Source of the DNA: a candidate division WOR-3 bacterium
GTDB taxonomy: Bacteria > Hydrothermota > Tepidihabitantia > Tepidihabitantales > Tepidihabitantaceae
DNA: 64,000 nucleotides
Direction of reading: 5' to 3'
Assembly: GCA_039801365.1 (NCBI GenBank)
Contig: JBDRUN010000003.1
Location: 2,146 to 66,145 of the forward strand
The first letter of the stretch is position 1, and every line of letters starts with the position of its first letter. Of the stretch, positions 30,253-40,388 are shown piece by piece. The notes beneath the pieces are model-generated. The model saw nothing but the letters and a program-made list of their open reading frames with translations, was not told the DNA's origin and did no database searches. Position numbers and translations under genes: made by a program.

Positions 30253-32205
30253 TTAGGGGGCAATCTTAGTCTGAATCAGGAGTGCCGCAGTGGCGACTGC
30301 CAGCGATACGGCGGTGACAACAATGCCGACACGGAACCATTCGCCGAACTTGACGTGTTGTCCAGTCGTGCGCTCGAAGGCGCCAACTGCAACAAGGTTG
30401 GCGGTCGAGCCGATGACAGTCAGGTTGCCGCCGAAACAGCCGCCGAACAAGAGCGCCCACCAGAGAATCGAGGCGTGAGGGATATTGATGCCGGCCGGAC
30501 CCATGTCCCGGGCGATGGGCACAAGCGCGGCCACGATTGGCAGATTGTCTACAAAGCCGGACAAGAGGCTGCTTGCCCAGAGCATCAGAACCGACGCCGA
30601 CCCGGCAACGCCGACCCGTCCTCCAAGGGCCGCGCTGATGTTACCGGACAGGGTGTGCAGCAGGTAGCCGAGTTTGGTGGTTACCCCGGTGTACTCAAGG
30701 CAGGCGGCATTGGCGAACAGGAACATGAAGAAGAGCAGGGTCCACCAGTCAATGCCCCGCTCGATGAGTAGCTTGCCGCGTTCCTGTTCGTGGAAGACGA
30801 TGAACCCGGTGACCATCAGCGCGACCGCAACTAGCGCGGTACCGTCACCAAGGCCGAGTAGTACTTCGATGCGGCGGTGCAGGGCGATCATCACTACTGT
30901 GACGGCAAAAGTGATGATGCCAGTGCGTAGTTTCGCAGGGTCCACAATGCCGATCGACTGCTCCAATTCTCTGGCGTCGAATTCGTAGCGTCGGCCGAAG
31001 AAGTGTTTGCGGAACAGAAGAAGACAGAGCAGGGCGACGATAACTGCGGCGAGGGCGGAAACCGGAGTGGCCCAGCGCAGGAAGTCTTCGAACGTCAGGT
31101 TGCCGGCAAAGGCGATGTACACGCCGATGGGGTTGCCGACAAGGGTGAGGGCGCTGCCGACGTTGGTGGCGAATACCAGACTGAGCAGGTAGGGTACGAG
31201 TGGAGCCTTGGTGCGGCGGGACACCTCCAGGGCCAGGCCGAAGGTCACAAGGATTGCCGATACCTCGTCGGCGAACCCGCCCATCAGGACCGAGAACCCC
31301 ATCAGGATGAGCAGGAGCAACCAGGGAATGCCCTTGACCTGTTCGACCGCTTTGACAACCACGAAGCGGAACACGCCGATGTTTTCTAGCCAGCGGACGA
31401 TGACCATCATCGCCATTATGAACAGGATGGTTGGGATGGACATGAAGTCCACAGTGGTCTCTAGGTTCATTACGCCCGCCACCAACAGGACCCCGAGGCT
31501 GGCTGCGGCAATGGCCACGCGGAATCGCCAGAATAGGAGCGTGCCAAGAACCATTGCGACGAATAGCGCAACGGTGAGTTCCTGCCGCGCGAGCCAGGGC
31601 TGCATGTTGAACTTCAGATATTCCGGTGCGGCGTAGAATCCGACGTTGGGAAGCCGAATCAGAGGCAAGGTCAGTCGAGCTGCGACGTAGGCTGCGGCGA
31701 CCACGAGCAGAAATACTAGCATCCTGCGGTTGCGACGGATGAAAGACTGGTGGGGAGGCGAGGACACGATTTCAGCTACGCGCACCGGGTTGGTGGTACG
31801 GAGTGCTGCGGCACGAATCTCGGATTGGTTCAACGAGCGGGCGAGTTCAGCGAGAATCTCCAAGTAGAGTTTCCGTTCATCGGTCGGGCCAACGATGACG
31901 AAGGCCGTGCGCACCGGCTCACGGTCGGCTGCAGCCCAGTCCAAAGGCGTGGAAAGGCGGACGGTTGCTACTGCTGCCGAACTAGCCGAAGGCACAAGGG
32001 CGTGTGGCAGGGCGATGCCGTTGCCTACGCCGGTCGAGCCGAGTTGCTCACGGGCGAGGAGTTCGCGGACCAGGGCTTCGCGGTCGGTGATGATGCCATT
32101 CTCGTAGAGCCGGTCGGCCACGAGCCGGAAGAGCTGCTCCTGCGTGCAACCCTCAGGGCAGGTCAGGGCCAGCTCGGGCCGGACAAAAGTCTCCAGCCTA
32201 ATCAT
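30253..32205 (-). CDS. Fusion protein: N-terminal PTS EIIA(Ntr)-type domain plus C-terminal ArsB/NhaD-superfamily (CitMHS-like) anion permease
   Basis: N-terminus EQLGSTGVGNGIALPHAL (EIIA-type-2 phosphorylation-site region) followed by about 12 TM helices with ArsB/NhaD permease-like composition. Confidence 0.7.
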   Translation of the reverse strand: MIRLETFVRPELALTCPEGCTQEQLFRLVADRLYENGIITDREALVRELLAREQLGSTGVGNGIALPHALVPSASSAAVATVRLSTPLDWAAADREPVRTAFVIVGPTDERKLYLEILAELARSLNQSEIRAAALRTTNPVRVAEIVSSPPHQSFIRRNRRMLVFLLVVAAAYVAARLTLPLIRLPNVGFYAAPEYLKFNMQPWLARQELTVALFVAMVLGTLLFWRFRVAIAAASLGVLLVAGVMNLETTVDFMSIPTILFIMAMMVIVRWLENIGVFRFVVVKAVEQVKGIPWLLLLILMGFSVLMGGFADEVSAILVTFGLALEVSRRTKAPLVPYLLSLVFATNVGSALTLVGNPIGVYIAFAGNLTFEDFLRWATPVSALAAVIVALLCLLLFRKHFFGRRYEFDARELEQSIGIVDPAKLRTGIITFAVTVVMIALHRRIEVLLGLGDGTALVAVALMVTGFIVFHEQERGKLLIERGIDWWTLLFFMFLFANAACLEYTGVTTKLGYLLHTLSGNISAALGGRVGVAGSASVLMLWASSLLSGFVDNLPIVAALVPIARDMGPAGINIPHASILWWALLFGGCFGGNLTVIGSTANLVAVGAFERTTGQHVKFGEWFRVGIVVTAVSLAVATAALLIQTKIAP

Positions 32206-33388
32206 AAGTACCGTAGAAACGTTGGATGAGCAGAATTATACGTTCTTGCTCAGCTTCGGTCAAAGTCGGACGAATCGGTAGGTTGATGATTTCAAGGGAC
32301 GTCTGCTCGGCCACCGGGCAAGGCTGGCGGTGGTAGAGGCCGGATTGCAGATTACAGATTGCAGAGATTCCGGTCTCTGGTACCTGGCAATTGGCTTCCG
32401 GTAATGCGTGGCGCTCAAGTGCTGGCTCAAGATATACCGGCCGCTCATAGTAGCATCCGGTTTCGACTCCGTGCTTCGACAGGTAGTCGCGCAGCTTGTC
32501 CCGCTCCGGAACAAGGATGGCGTACTGGTGGTAGTTGGAAACGCAGTCCCGGTGTCCCCGGACAAGCCGCGCGACGCCGGCGAGCGCTTCGTCATACCGT
32601 GCGGCGAGCACGCGTCGCCGGGTATTCTCGGCATCAAGCCGGGCCAGTCCCAGGCGGAGCACCGCAGCCTGGATTTCGTCAAGCTGAGAGTTGTAGCCGG
32701 TCCGTATGTGTTGACCCTGTTCGTCTCTGCCGTGACGTCTCAGTTGGCCAATGGTGCGGGCTAGGGCCGGGTCCGAGGTTGCGACCGCACCGCCATCACC
32801 AAGTGCGGCAAGGTTCTTGGTGGGGTAGAAACTGAACGTGCCGGCGTTACCAAAGCTTCCGAGTTTTCTGCCCTGCCAGATCGAGCCGATCGCCTGCGAG
32901 GCGTCTTCAATCAGGGCAAGGCCGTGCTTCGCGCACAGCTCGACGAATTCCGAAACCTCTCCGCAATGGCCGAACAGATGAACCAGCAAGACTGCCTTCG
33001 TCCTTGGCGTGATAGTCGACTCGCAAGCCGCGGGGTCAAGACAGAGCGTACCAGATTCGATGTCAGCGAATACCGGAGTCGCACCCACACGAATTATTGC
33101 CTCGACTGTGGCGAAGAAGGTGAACGGTGTAGTGATGACTTCATCGCCCGGGCCGATGCCGAGTGCGTCAAGAGTCAGGACCAAAGCGTCGGTGCCGCTC
33201 TTGACCCCGAGCACGTGGCTTGCGCCCAGATAGCAGCCGAGTTCCTGCTCAAACGCGGCCAGTTCCGGCCCGGCTACAAACCGGCCGCTGGTAATGATTC
33301 GGTTCAGGATGCGAGCGTATTCATCCGCAACACACCTGGTGTTGCTTCGGATGTCATACAGCGGGATTGAGCTCGGCAAATCGGCCAA
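32198..33388 (-). CDS. DegT/DnrJ/EryC1/StrS-family PLP-dependent sugar aminotransferase
   Basis: [17 protein letters not shown], conserved Lys region ([18 protein letters not shown]), family length. Confidence 0.85.
   Translation of the reverse strand: MADLPSSIPLYDIRSNTRCVADEYARILNRIITSGRFVAGPELAAFEQELGCYLGASHVLGVKSGTDALVLTLDALGIGPGDEVITTPFTFFATVEAIIRVGATPVFADIESGTLCLDPAACESTITPRTKAVLLVHLFGHCGEVSEFVELCAKHGLALIEDASQAIGSIWQGRKLGSFGNAGTFSFYPTKNLAALGDGGAVATSDPALARTIGQLRRHGRDEQGQHIRTGYNSQLDEIQAAVLRLGLARLDAENTRRRVLAARYDEALAGVARLVRGHRDCVSNYHQYAILVPERDKLRDYLSKHGVETGCYYERPVYLEPALERHALPEANCQVPETGISAICNLQSGLYHRQPCPVAEQTSLEIINLPIRPTLTEAEQERIILLIQRFYGTYD
32342..32371. repeat. Heptamer tandem array (GGATTGCA GATTACA GATTGCA GAGATTCC) inside the DegT gene
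   Basis: Direct reading; same CAGATTG family as at 27791. Confidence 0.7.
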
Positions 33389-33457
33389 GATGATAGCTTA
33401 GTGCCATCAAGAGTCAAAGGCTTGACCCGGGATGGACCCATCCTAGAATCACCCTGC

Positions 33458-35494
33458 GTGGCCGACCACAGCCAGTTCAAACTCGTAGCTCCGTTCGAGC
33501 CGAGTGGGGACCAACCAGAAGCAATAGAACGACTGGTCGAGTTCATCCAGTCCGGGGCCAAGTATTCAACGCTTCTCGGTGTGACGGGTTCGGGCAAGAC
33601 CTTCACGATGGCGAATGTCATTGCCCGACTGAATCGGCCGACAATCGTCATTTCTCACAACAAAACCCTGGCCGCGCAGTTGTTCGGCGAGTTCCGTCAG
33701 TTCTTTCCGGAGAATGCGGTCGAGTACTTCATTTCCTACTACGATTATTACCAGCCTGAGGCGTATGTGCCGGAGCACGACCTGTACATCGAAAAGGATG
33801 CGTCAATCAACGAGGAAATCGAGCGACTCAGGCTGCGGGCTACCTCCAGTCTGCTGGAGCGCAGGGATGTGGTGGTGGTGGCCTCGGTTTCCTGCATCTA
33901 CAACCTGGGTGAGCCGTGGGAGTTCAGAGAGTCGGTGCTGCCGCTGGAGCAGGGCAAGGACCTGGACCGGGACGGGCTGATTGAGGAGCTGGTCAGACTC
34001 CAATACACACGGAACGATATGGAGTTGAAACGTTCGACGTTCCGAGTACGGGGCGACTTTGTGGACATTCATCCTTCACACCGGGACTACGGTCTGCGGG
34101 TGGAGTTCGACGGCAGTCAAATCAGCCGACTGACCGTGTTTGACATCGTGTCCGGGGACAACGTGGAGCAGAGGCAGCGGATGATAATCTATCCGGCCAA
34201 GCAGTTCGTCACTACTGAACGCCAGATAGAAGGCGCAATTGCCTCAATCGAACAGGAGTTGGCACAGCGGGTGAGCGAGCTTGAGTCGCAGAACAAGCTA
34301 CTTGAGGCGCAGCGGCTGGCGACCCGGACCAGGTTTGACATCGAGATGATGCGTGAGTTCGGGTACTGTCCTGGGATCGAGAACTACTCACGGCATCTGT
34401 TGGGCAAGAAACCGGGCGAGCGACCGTACTGCATGCTTGACTACTTCCCGGCCGACTACCTGATGATTATTGACGAGTCGCACGCGACAATCCCTCAGAT
34501 TCAGGGAATGTACAACGGTGACCGGGCGAGAAAGCAGACGCTTGTGGACTACGGGTTCAGGCTACCCTCGTGTCTGGATAACCGACCTTTGCGGTTCGAC
34601 GAGTTCCAGGCACTGGTAAGACAGGCAATTTTCACCTCAGCTACCCCAGGACCGTACGAGTTTGAGCACAGCCAGGGTCGTGTTGCAGAGCTGGTGGTGC
34701 GGCCAACCGGCCTTGTTGACCCGAAGATGACAATCAGGCCGACCAAGGGCCAAGTTGACCACCTGATTGGAGAGATTCGCAAGCGGGTAGAGAACCACGA
34801 GCGGACCCTGGTTACCACGTTGACCAAGCGGATGGCCGAGGACCTGGCTGAGTATCTGACTGAGATGGGGCTGAAGGTGCGCTACATGCACTCGGAGATT
34901 GACGCCATCGAGCGGGTGGAAATCCTGCGCGGGCTCAGGCTAGGTGAGTTCGACGTGCTCGTGGGGATCAACCTGCTGCGGGAGGGGCTGGACCTGCCGG
35001 AAGTGTCGCTTGTGGCGATCCTTGATGCGGACAAAGAGGGATTCCTGCGGGATGAACGTTCGCTGATTCAGACTGCGGGCCGGGCAGCGAGAAACGTGAG
35101 GGGAGAGGTGATCCTTTACGCGGACAACATCACGCGGTCAATCAGGATGGCGCTGAAGGAGACAGAACGCAGGCGGCAGAAGCAGATTGAGTACAACCTT
35201 AGGCACGGTATCGAACCGCGCTCGATACAGAAGTCAGTGGACCAGGTGCGGCTGACAACCTCGGTGGCGGACGCGAAGCCGGAGGAGCCAATAGCCAATA
35301 GCCAATGGCCAATGGCGGAGGAGGAGGACAGGATTGCGGCGCTGGACAGATTGCAGAAGGAGATGAAAGAAGCGGCGCAGAGACTGGAGTTCGAGAAGGC
35401 CGCAGAGTACCGGGACCGGATTACCCGGCTGCGCCAGCAGATTGACGACGAAGAGTGGAAGCGGGGCCGCCGCAAGCGGCTCAAGAAACGCTGA
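33458..35494 (+). CDS. uvrB: Excinuclease ABC subunit B
   Basis: [17 protein letters not shown], Walker A GVTGSGKT, helicase motifs, C-terminal UVR domain ([17 protein letters not shown]); GTG start proposed at 33458 (ORF opens at 33401); carries an in-frame CCAATAG heptamer array. Confidence 0.9.
   Translation: MADHSQFKLVAPFEPSGDQPEAIERLVEFIQSGAKYSTLLGVTGSGKTFTMANVIARLNRPTIVISHNKTLAAQLFGEFRQFFPENAVEYFISYYDYYQPEAYVPEHDLYIEKDASINEEIERLRLRATSSLLERRDVVVVASVSCIYNLGEPWEFRESVLPLEQGKDLDRDGLIEELVRLQYTRNDMELKRSTFRVRGDFVDIHPSHRDYGLRVEFDGSQISRLTVFDIVSGDNVEQRQRMIIYPAKQFVTTERQIEGAIASIEQELAQRVSELESQNKLLEAQRLATRTRFDIEMMREFGYCPGIENYSRHLLGKKPGERPYCMLDYFPADYLMIIDESHATIPQIQGMYNGDRARKQTLVDYGFRLPSCLDNRPLRFDEFQALVRQAIFTSATPGPYEFEHSQGRVAELVVRPTGLVDPKMTIRPTKGQVDHLIGEIRKRVENHERTLVTTLTKRMAEDLAEYLTEMGLKVRYMHSEIDAIERVEILRGLRLGEFDVLVGINLLREGLDLPEVSLVAILDADKEGFLRDERSLIQTAGRAARNVRGEVILYADNITRSIRMALKETERRRQKQIEYNLRHGIEPRSIQKSVDQVRLTTSVADAKPEEPIANSQWPMAEEEDRIAALDRLQKEMKEAAQRLEFEKAAEYRDRITRLRQQIDDEEWKRGRRKRLKKR
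35288..35315. repeat. Heptamer tandem array (CCAATAG CCAATAG CCAATGG CCAATGG) in-frame in uvrB, encoding [10 protein letters not shown]
   Basis: Direct reading. Confidence 0.8.
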
Positions 35495-35646
35495 CGCGCT
35501 GACGCTTACAGCCTGCGACCCTCATCCGTTGGCCAGCAACCCGGGCGGCGTTGACTTCACTTGACCGGCTACTATGCTCGGTTTGTGAAGACTGCTACGG
35601 GCATACCGGCCTCTGCGGGTTGTGCGAGGCCGAAGAAAGACAGGCT

Positions 35647-35967
35647 ATGATGCCCTCTGATGTGCCATTCAGTGTGCTCACGCCACTTGAATTCGCGGTT
35701 TCGGTGACGCGTGAACGCTGGCATCTGATCCTCAGTATCAAGCATCCTGTGATGGACGGGCACAATGGCGACGTGTGAGCCGCGCTCGAGAATCCAGACG
35801 AAGTACGTCGCAGCCGCCGGGATGAGCAGGTGATGTTGTTCTACCGGGTGGAACGGCCCGGACGCTGGACCTGTGCGGTGGTCAAGCGTCCGGGCAGCGA
35901 AGGTTTTCTGATTACGGCCTACCCTACCGATGCCGTGAAGGAAGGTGAACAGATATGGGTCAAGTGA
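35647..35967 (+). pseudogene. DUF4258-family (putative toxin) gene interrupted by an in-frame TGA at 35776-35778
   Basis: Same-frame translation ...SIKHPVMDGHNGDV*AALENPDEVRRSRRDEQVMLFYRVERPGRWTCAVVKRPGSEGFLITAYPTDAVKEGEQIWVK; LENPDEV and ITAYP..KEG blocks are DUF4258 hallmarks; stop overlaps the downstream DUF2283 start by 13 nt. Confidence 0.5.
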
Positions 35968-36167
35968 AAGTCTTCTACGACCGTGCCGGGAACACCCTTA
36001 CGGTTTGGTTCGGTGAGAAGCAAGACGAATACTCCTGCGAGGAGACAGGTGATGAAGTCGTGCTGATGAAAGACAAGCACGGCCGAGTCATCGGTTTCGA
36101 GAAGCTGAACTTTGCACTGCTTGCTGCGGACCGGCTCCAAGTCGCGTTCGAGGCCGCGAGCGTCTGA
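35955..36167 (+). CDS. DUF2283-family small protein (putative antitoxin partner of DUF4258)
   Basis: MGQVKVFYDRAGNTLTVWFGE...DEVVLMKDKHGRVIGFE matches the DUF2283 pattern (x-YD-x-D-x-L-x-I...D-x-G-x-IGIE). Confidence 0.65.
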   Translation: MGQVKVFYDRAGNTLTVWFGEKQDEYSCEETGDEVVLMKDKHGRVIGFEKLNFALLAADRLQVAFEAASV

Positions 36168-36421
36168 GGCGCGGCGGTCGTACCGAGTTCGGGCCGGACT
36201 CTGGCCCCAAGACGGGCGTAGCACAGGAATGGCGTACCGGCAGTGAAGTAACCCTGGCCTGTCTGCCGCCGGGCCAGAGCGTCCACGACCGCCTCTGAGT
36301 TCAACCCCGGTCCGACATCTGCTCGCCTGGCCGCTTGTCCACTTCTCTTTCACCGTTCTGGCTATTGACTCTTGACCTTTGGCTTCTGGCTTCGGTCTGC
36401 CCGCTTGTCCGCTTTTTCTTC

Positions 36422-36449
36422 TTGACATCTCATCAGGAGTCGCTATAAC
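36422..36449 (+). promoter_or_regulatory. Near-consensus sigma70-type promoter (TTGACA-16 nt-TATAAC) upstream of the retropepsin-like gene
   Basis: Hexamers read directly; preceded by several TTGAC-like half-sites (ttgactcttgacctttggc). Confidence 0.35.
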
Positions 36450-36519
36450 AGTCGTGCATGTGGTGTTTGGGTGAGTCTGCAGCCGTGAGCTGTCAGCCTT
36501 CCACACGGCAGGACGAAGT

Positions 36520-36936
36520 TTGTTCCGGATTGGGGTAGCTATGGCGATAATCGAACAGAGAATAAGGTTGGTCGGGTCGAAGGGCAGCAGGGATGTGGTG
36601 GCGCTGTTTGACAGCGGCGCAAGCTATTCAATCATTCAGCCCGGTCTTGCCCGTGAGGTTGCGCGTCCAGAGCGGTTGCCCACCCCCAAGCATTTCGGAA
36701 CCGCGGAGAAGGGGCGCAAGGTTACCGCGAAGGAGTGTGTCCGGCTCGACTTCAAGCTCAACGGCCACACGCTCAGCGACGAGTTCATGGTCGTTCCCGG
36801 CATCACGGAATCGGTCATCATCGGCGCGGCTACGATGCAGAAGTGGCGCATGAAACTCGACTTCGAGCACGACCGGGTAATAGTTGACCCGCGGGTTACG
36901 AAACTGAGACTGCTCAGGCTAGGCAATAGCCAATAG
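36520..36936 (+). CDS. Retropepsin-like (clan AA) aspartic protease
   Basis: Active-site ALFDSGASYSII (D-S/T-G-A), flap and C-terminal IIGAATM motif typical of bacterial retropepsin-like proteins. Confidence 0.75.
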   Translation: MFRIGVAMAIIEQRIRLVGSKGSRDVVALFDSGASYSIIQPGLAREVARPERLPTPKHFGTAEKGRKVTAKECVRLDFKLNGHTLSDEFMVVPGITESVIIGAATMQKWRMKLDFEHDRVIVDPRVTKLRLLRLGNSQ

Positions 36937-36950
36937 GCAATGGGCAATCG
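36919..36950. repeat. Heptamer array (GGCAATA GCCAATA GGCAATG GGCAATC) bridging the protease stop and the four-helix-bundle gene 2 start
   Basis: Direct reading; provides both the TAG stop and the ATG start. Confidence 0.75.
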
Positions 36951-37314
36951 CGTGCAGTCATACCGAGACCTTGAGGTCTGGAGGAAAGCGATTGACCTCG
37001 TTACTGAGACGTATCGGCTATCGCGCAGATTCCCGAAGGACGAAATCTACTCACTTACGAGCCAGATTCGCCGGGCAGCCACTTCGATTCCGGCCAACAT
37101 CGCTGAGGGGTGGGGCCGGAATATGACGAAGGAGTATGTCCAGTTCCTGCGGATTGCCCGGGGCTCTCTACACGAACTGGAGACGCACTTGGAAGTGTCT
37201 TGTAACCTCGATTACTTCGGGCCGACCGAGTTGGACGCTATGCTCGGTAGGACGCACGAAATCAACAAGATGCTCAACAGCTTGATACGAGCCATTGAAG
37301 CCAATGGGCATTAG
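36940..37314 (+). CDS. Four-helix-bundle protein (TIGR02436 / 23S rRNA IVS protein family), paralog 2
   Basis: SYRDLEVWRKAIDLVTETYRLSRRFPKDEIYSLTSQIRRAATSIPANIAEGWGR...SLHELETHL; about 45% identical to the 29164 paralog. Confidence 0.8.
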   Translation: MGNRVQSYRDLEVWRKAIDLVTETYRLSRRFPKDEIYSLTSQIRRAATSIPANIAEGWGRNMTKEYVQFLRIARGSLHELETHLEVSCNLDYFGPTELDAMLGRTHEINKMLNSLIRAIEANGH

Positions 37315-37460
37315 GCAATGGGCGTGGCACAGGAATTAGGCAATGGGCAACAGGCATTGTTAGGCAATGGCTATTGGCTATTGCCTTCCGGAGCGGCTCC
37401 TGCCTACTGGCTTTCCGCGCCGGTCATTGTCTGTCCTGCTATTGGCTCCTGCCTATTGGC
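37306..37460. repeat. Extended degenerate heptamer region (GGCAATGG / GCATTAG / CTATTGG units in both orientations), right flank of four-helix-bundle gene 2
   Basis: ccaatgg gcattag gcaatgg ... ttaggcaatgg ctattgg ctattgc ... ctattggctcctgcctattggctaattggctg. Confidence 0.6.
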
Positions 37461-37493
37461 TAATTGGCTGCGTGCCCCTGGCACGTTTGCTGC

Positions 37494-37531
<38 letters not shown>

Positions 37532-37622
37532 ATCCAATCCTAACAAGCTAGAATTTCTTTGGAGTTGGCTGGCTGTATGCCCGTGTATCACGGCCTTCTA
37601 TCCATAAATGCAGGAGGTGAGT

Positions 37623-38321
37623 ATGAAATGGACAGCAGCAATTCTCGTATTGGCGGCGCTGACAGTGATGACGTCAAGCTGTGTGCGAAGGGTGTATGTC
37701 AACGAGCACCGCTTCACGATATCCGATGTCTCCGAAGGCGTTGCCAATGATATCGAACGCGAGCTCAAGGAGGGTGGTTACAGAGTTCGCACCGTTTCAG
37801 CGAACAAGAAGGGAGAGATACTCGGGAGGGAGGACATAGAGGACCGCACATTCGTCCTAGAGAGTGATGGCTACACCGACGAGGACGTCCGCAAGGTGAC
37901 TGCCATCGTGACAAACCCGAGAAGGAATGAGCCGATAGCGCTCCGATACACCGCCGTTCAGCAAGATTACGTCTCAGCCGCAGGCGCAGGAACGGCTTCT
38001 GTTGAGGTGAGCTTTGATCTAACCGAGAACGCGAGAGCATACTTCAAGGCAACTGGTCAGCCAGTCCAGATGCGGAGGCTTAGTGGGCAACAGACGGCGA
38101 CCTTCTCTTACAGACGTCAGAAAGGTGAAGAGTACGTGGACATCTATGTCGTACCCGAAGGTGCAGGGCCAGGCTACAAGCCGAGAACGTTTCACCGAAT
38201 CAGCCTGTCCTATCCTTATGCTGACAGGGTCTTGCCATGGGAGTCATGCTGGACAAGGTTCTGGAAGTGGGTAAGGTCTATCTTTGGGAGTCGACGGACC
38301 GAGGATAGGTCTGGAAGCTGA
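37623..38321 (+). CDS. Hypothetical lipoprotein
   Basis: MKWTAAILVLAALTVMTSSC lipobox-type signal after GGAGGTG RBS; no recognisable domain. Confidence 0.5.
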   Translation: MKWTAAILVLAALTVMTSSCVRRVYVNEHRFTISDVSEGVANDIERELKEGGYRVRTVSANKKGEILGREDIEDRTFVLESDGYTDEDVRKVTAIVTNPRRNEPIALRYTAVQQDYVSAAGAGTASVEVSFDLTENARAYFKATGQPVQMRRLSGQQTATFSYRRQKGEEYVDIYVVPEGAGPGYKPRTFHRISLSYPYADRVLPWESCWTRFWKWVRSIFGSRRTEDRSGS

Positions 38322-39038
38322 GTGCTGAGCGACTAGCAGAGAAAGCCGAGGTGAGGAAGGGGGAAAGCGGAATGAGAGACGGAGAATGGAGGCGGAACAG
38401 AGGGCGAGGGCGGGCTGAGTCGGTTGGCGGCGCGAGGTGGTCCAAGGGAACAGGTTATTGGCGGACATGGCTCGTAGGCAACCCGACTGCGTGCAAGGTC
38501 ACACAATAGACGGCGTCCGGGTTCCTGAGCCACAGGAAGTGGCGATTTGCGAAAAGGATAGAGATGCGACAGAGACAGCGACTATGCTCCTGCCCGTTCA
38601 GCCAGCAGGGTGCGATTGCGGGCAAGTTTCAGATGTTGTGGGACATAGCGACTAAGGCACTGTCCGGAACTGGTCCCGGCTACGGGGTCACCCTGTGACC
38701 TAGGGAGTGACTCCCCATCTGAGTCGGATTCTGAACCAGGTCTTCAACCTAACCCTCAGTAGGATGGTTAGTTACATTCTGATTAGGCGCGTGAGCGTCT
38801 AGCTCAGGCGATGGCTGAGTTGCGCTTTGACTGCTCGTCTCAAGGGCGACGTCAGAACAGGGCCGAACTAGGTTGTGAGTTAGGTCTTGAAGGAAGGGCT
38901 GAGAATCCGCATCAGAGCCGGCCTGAGTCGCGATGTCAGTCTGGTTCTGACCTGAGATTTGACTCTTTAGTTCAGTGCAGAGGTGAGAACGGGGTTCACA
39001 GGTGGTCTTACAGGGACAGCAGCACGCCTGGCTGGGTG

Positions 39039-40151
39039 CTAACGGCCGAAGAGGTTCTGGACTAGACCGCGGGCGAGGCCGGGGATACGCATCGCACGCT
39101 CCGGGCACAACTCGACGCAGCAGTAGCACATGATGCATTTCCGGCGGTCAACGTCTGGAAACGGCGACATCGCGATGGCGCGCGCAGGACAGTTGTCCGC
39201 GCAGCGGCGGCACTTGGTGCAGTGCTGACGGTCAAGAGTTGGTCGACGCCGTAGCAGGGGATAGGCGATTGCTGATGAGATGCCAGTAAGACTGCCAGCA
39301 AGCCGGGTCGAGGGCAGGCGGAAACCGGGAATCCGTTCGAAGTCGCCGATGACCTCGACCTGGCTGAGTGCGGCCGGACCAAGCCCGCGTTCGGCAGCGA
39401 TGCGGACGGTCGGAATTCGGACCGGGTCTGCACCAGCCATCGCGGCCATCACGACATCGAGCGCAGCCGGGTTCGTGGCCGTGATAATGCGGCCGATGTT
39501 TCGCACCCGGCCGCCGGAGGGGCCGTTCTGGCCGTCCATTCCACGCAGTGCGTCCATGATGCTCAAGACCGGTACCGGCACGGCCTGGTAGATGTCCACG
39601 AGTAGTTCGCCGAATTCTTCCCCAGACCGGGCAAGGGTGTGCAGGTGCGATTTCTGGCCGCCCGGGATGATGCCGAACAGGTTCTTGATTGCACCGGTGA
39701 GTATGGTGAGCGCGTGAGTCTTGAACACCGGCAGGTTCAGGATGACGTCGGCTTCAGTGACCAGGTGTGAGGCGTGGATTTGATTGAGGAAGCGGGACTT
39801 CAATGGCAGGGTAACAGGTGTCTCGGTCAGGCTGTGAAAGCATCCTTCGCTTGCTTCGATGACACCGGTAGGAGCGATGTAGTCGGCGACATTGCGTTGT
39901 AGTCCGCCACCCGGGTTATCCGCAACCCAGACTTTGCCGGCGCCGCGGGCCTTGAGTCCGCGTACCACCTGACGGATGAGTTCCGGGTTGGTCGTGACCG
40001 AATGTTCGGGCGGGTGTGGGCTTAGTAGATTCGGTTTGACCCATACCTTCTTGCCCGCGAAGTCGTAGTCGAGGAACTCAAGGGCCTCGGTGACAGCAGC
40101 GGCAATGTCGGTGACCTTACGCACAAGGACACGGGGCCGGGCGGCACTCAT
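39039..40151 (-). CDS. DUF362-domain iron-sulfur protein with C-terminal 2x[4Fe-4S] ferredoxin domain
   Basis: DUF362 core (VWVKPNLL...ADNPGG) and CTKCRRCADNCP / CIMCYCCVELCP cysteine clusters. Confidence 0.8.
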   Translation of the reverse strand: MSAARPRVLVRKVTDIAAAVTEALEFLDYDFAGKKVWVKPNLLSPHPPEHSVTTNPELIRQVVRGLKARGAGKVWVADNPGGGLQRNVADYIAPTGVIEASEGCFHSLTETPVTLPLKSRFLNQIHASHLVTEADVILNLPVFKTHALTILTGAIKNLFGIIPGGQKSHLHTLARSGEEFGELLVDIYQAVPVPVLSIMDALRGMDGQNGPSGGRVRNIGRIITATNPAALDVVMAAMAGADPVRIPTVRIAAERGLGPAALSQVEVIGDFERIPGFRLPSTRLAGSLTGISSAIAYPLLRRRPTLDRQHCTKCRRCADNCPARAIAMSPFPDVDRRKCIMCYCCVELCPERAMRIPGLARGLVQNLFGR

Positions 40152-40187
40152 TGGCGCGGGCCGAATGGATGGATGCGGCTGGTCAGA

Positions 40188-40376
40188 CTACAGTTTGCCC
40201 GGCAGGATGTAGAGGATATTGGCCGGAGAAACATCGGCATTGGTCATTGCCGACTTTTCCTCCGGTATGCCAGGCACGTCGTTGAATTTGACGTCCACCG
40301 CACGTATCATTCCTTCTTTGAGCGTGTAGGCGGTGCAGTTTACTGTGCCGCCGGATTTCAGGTAAATGACCGGCAT
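40188..40376 (-). CDS. Small hypothetical protein (62 aa) between the acyl-CoA dehydrogenase and DUF362 genes
   Basis: Only co-directional ORF filling the gap; no homology recognised. Confidence 0.3.
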   Translation of the reverse strand: MPVIYLKSGGTVNCTAYTLKEGMIRAVDVKFNDVPGIPEEKSAMTNADVSPANILYILPGKL

Positions 40377-40388
40377 TTCTTGTCCTTT

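Noticed and set aside
35551-35778. TGA as a sense codon (genetic code 25 or selenocysteine) explaining the in-frame stop in DUF4258
   Set aside because: TGA terminates bona fide genes here (e.g. rplL at 4345-4347) and the genome is high-GC, unlike TGA-recoding lineages; a pseudogene or error is more parsimonious.
29097-37460. Diversity-generating retroelement (because of Avd-family four-helix-bundle genes)
   Set aside because: No reverse transcriptase ORF and no obvious template/variable repeat pair within the window; the four-helix-bundle family is far broader than DGR Avd.
38640-39038. CRISPR array hypothesis for the degenerate repeats
   Set aside because: Units are only about 60% identical, spacings are irregular and no cas gene is nearby.
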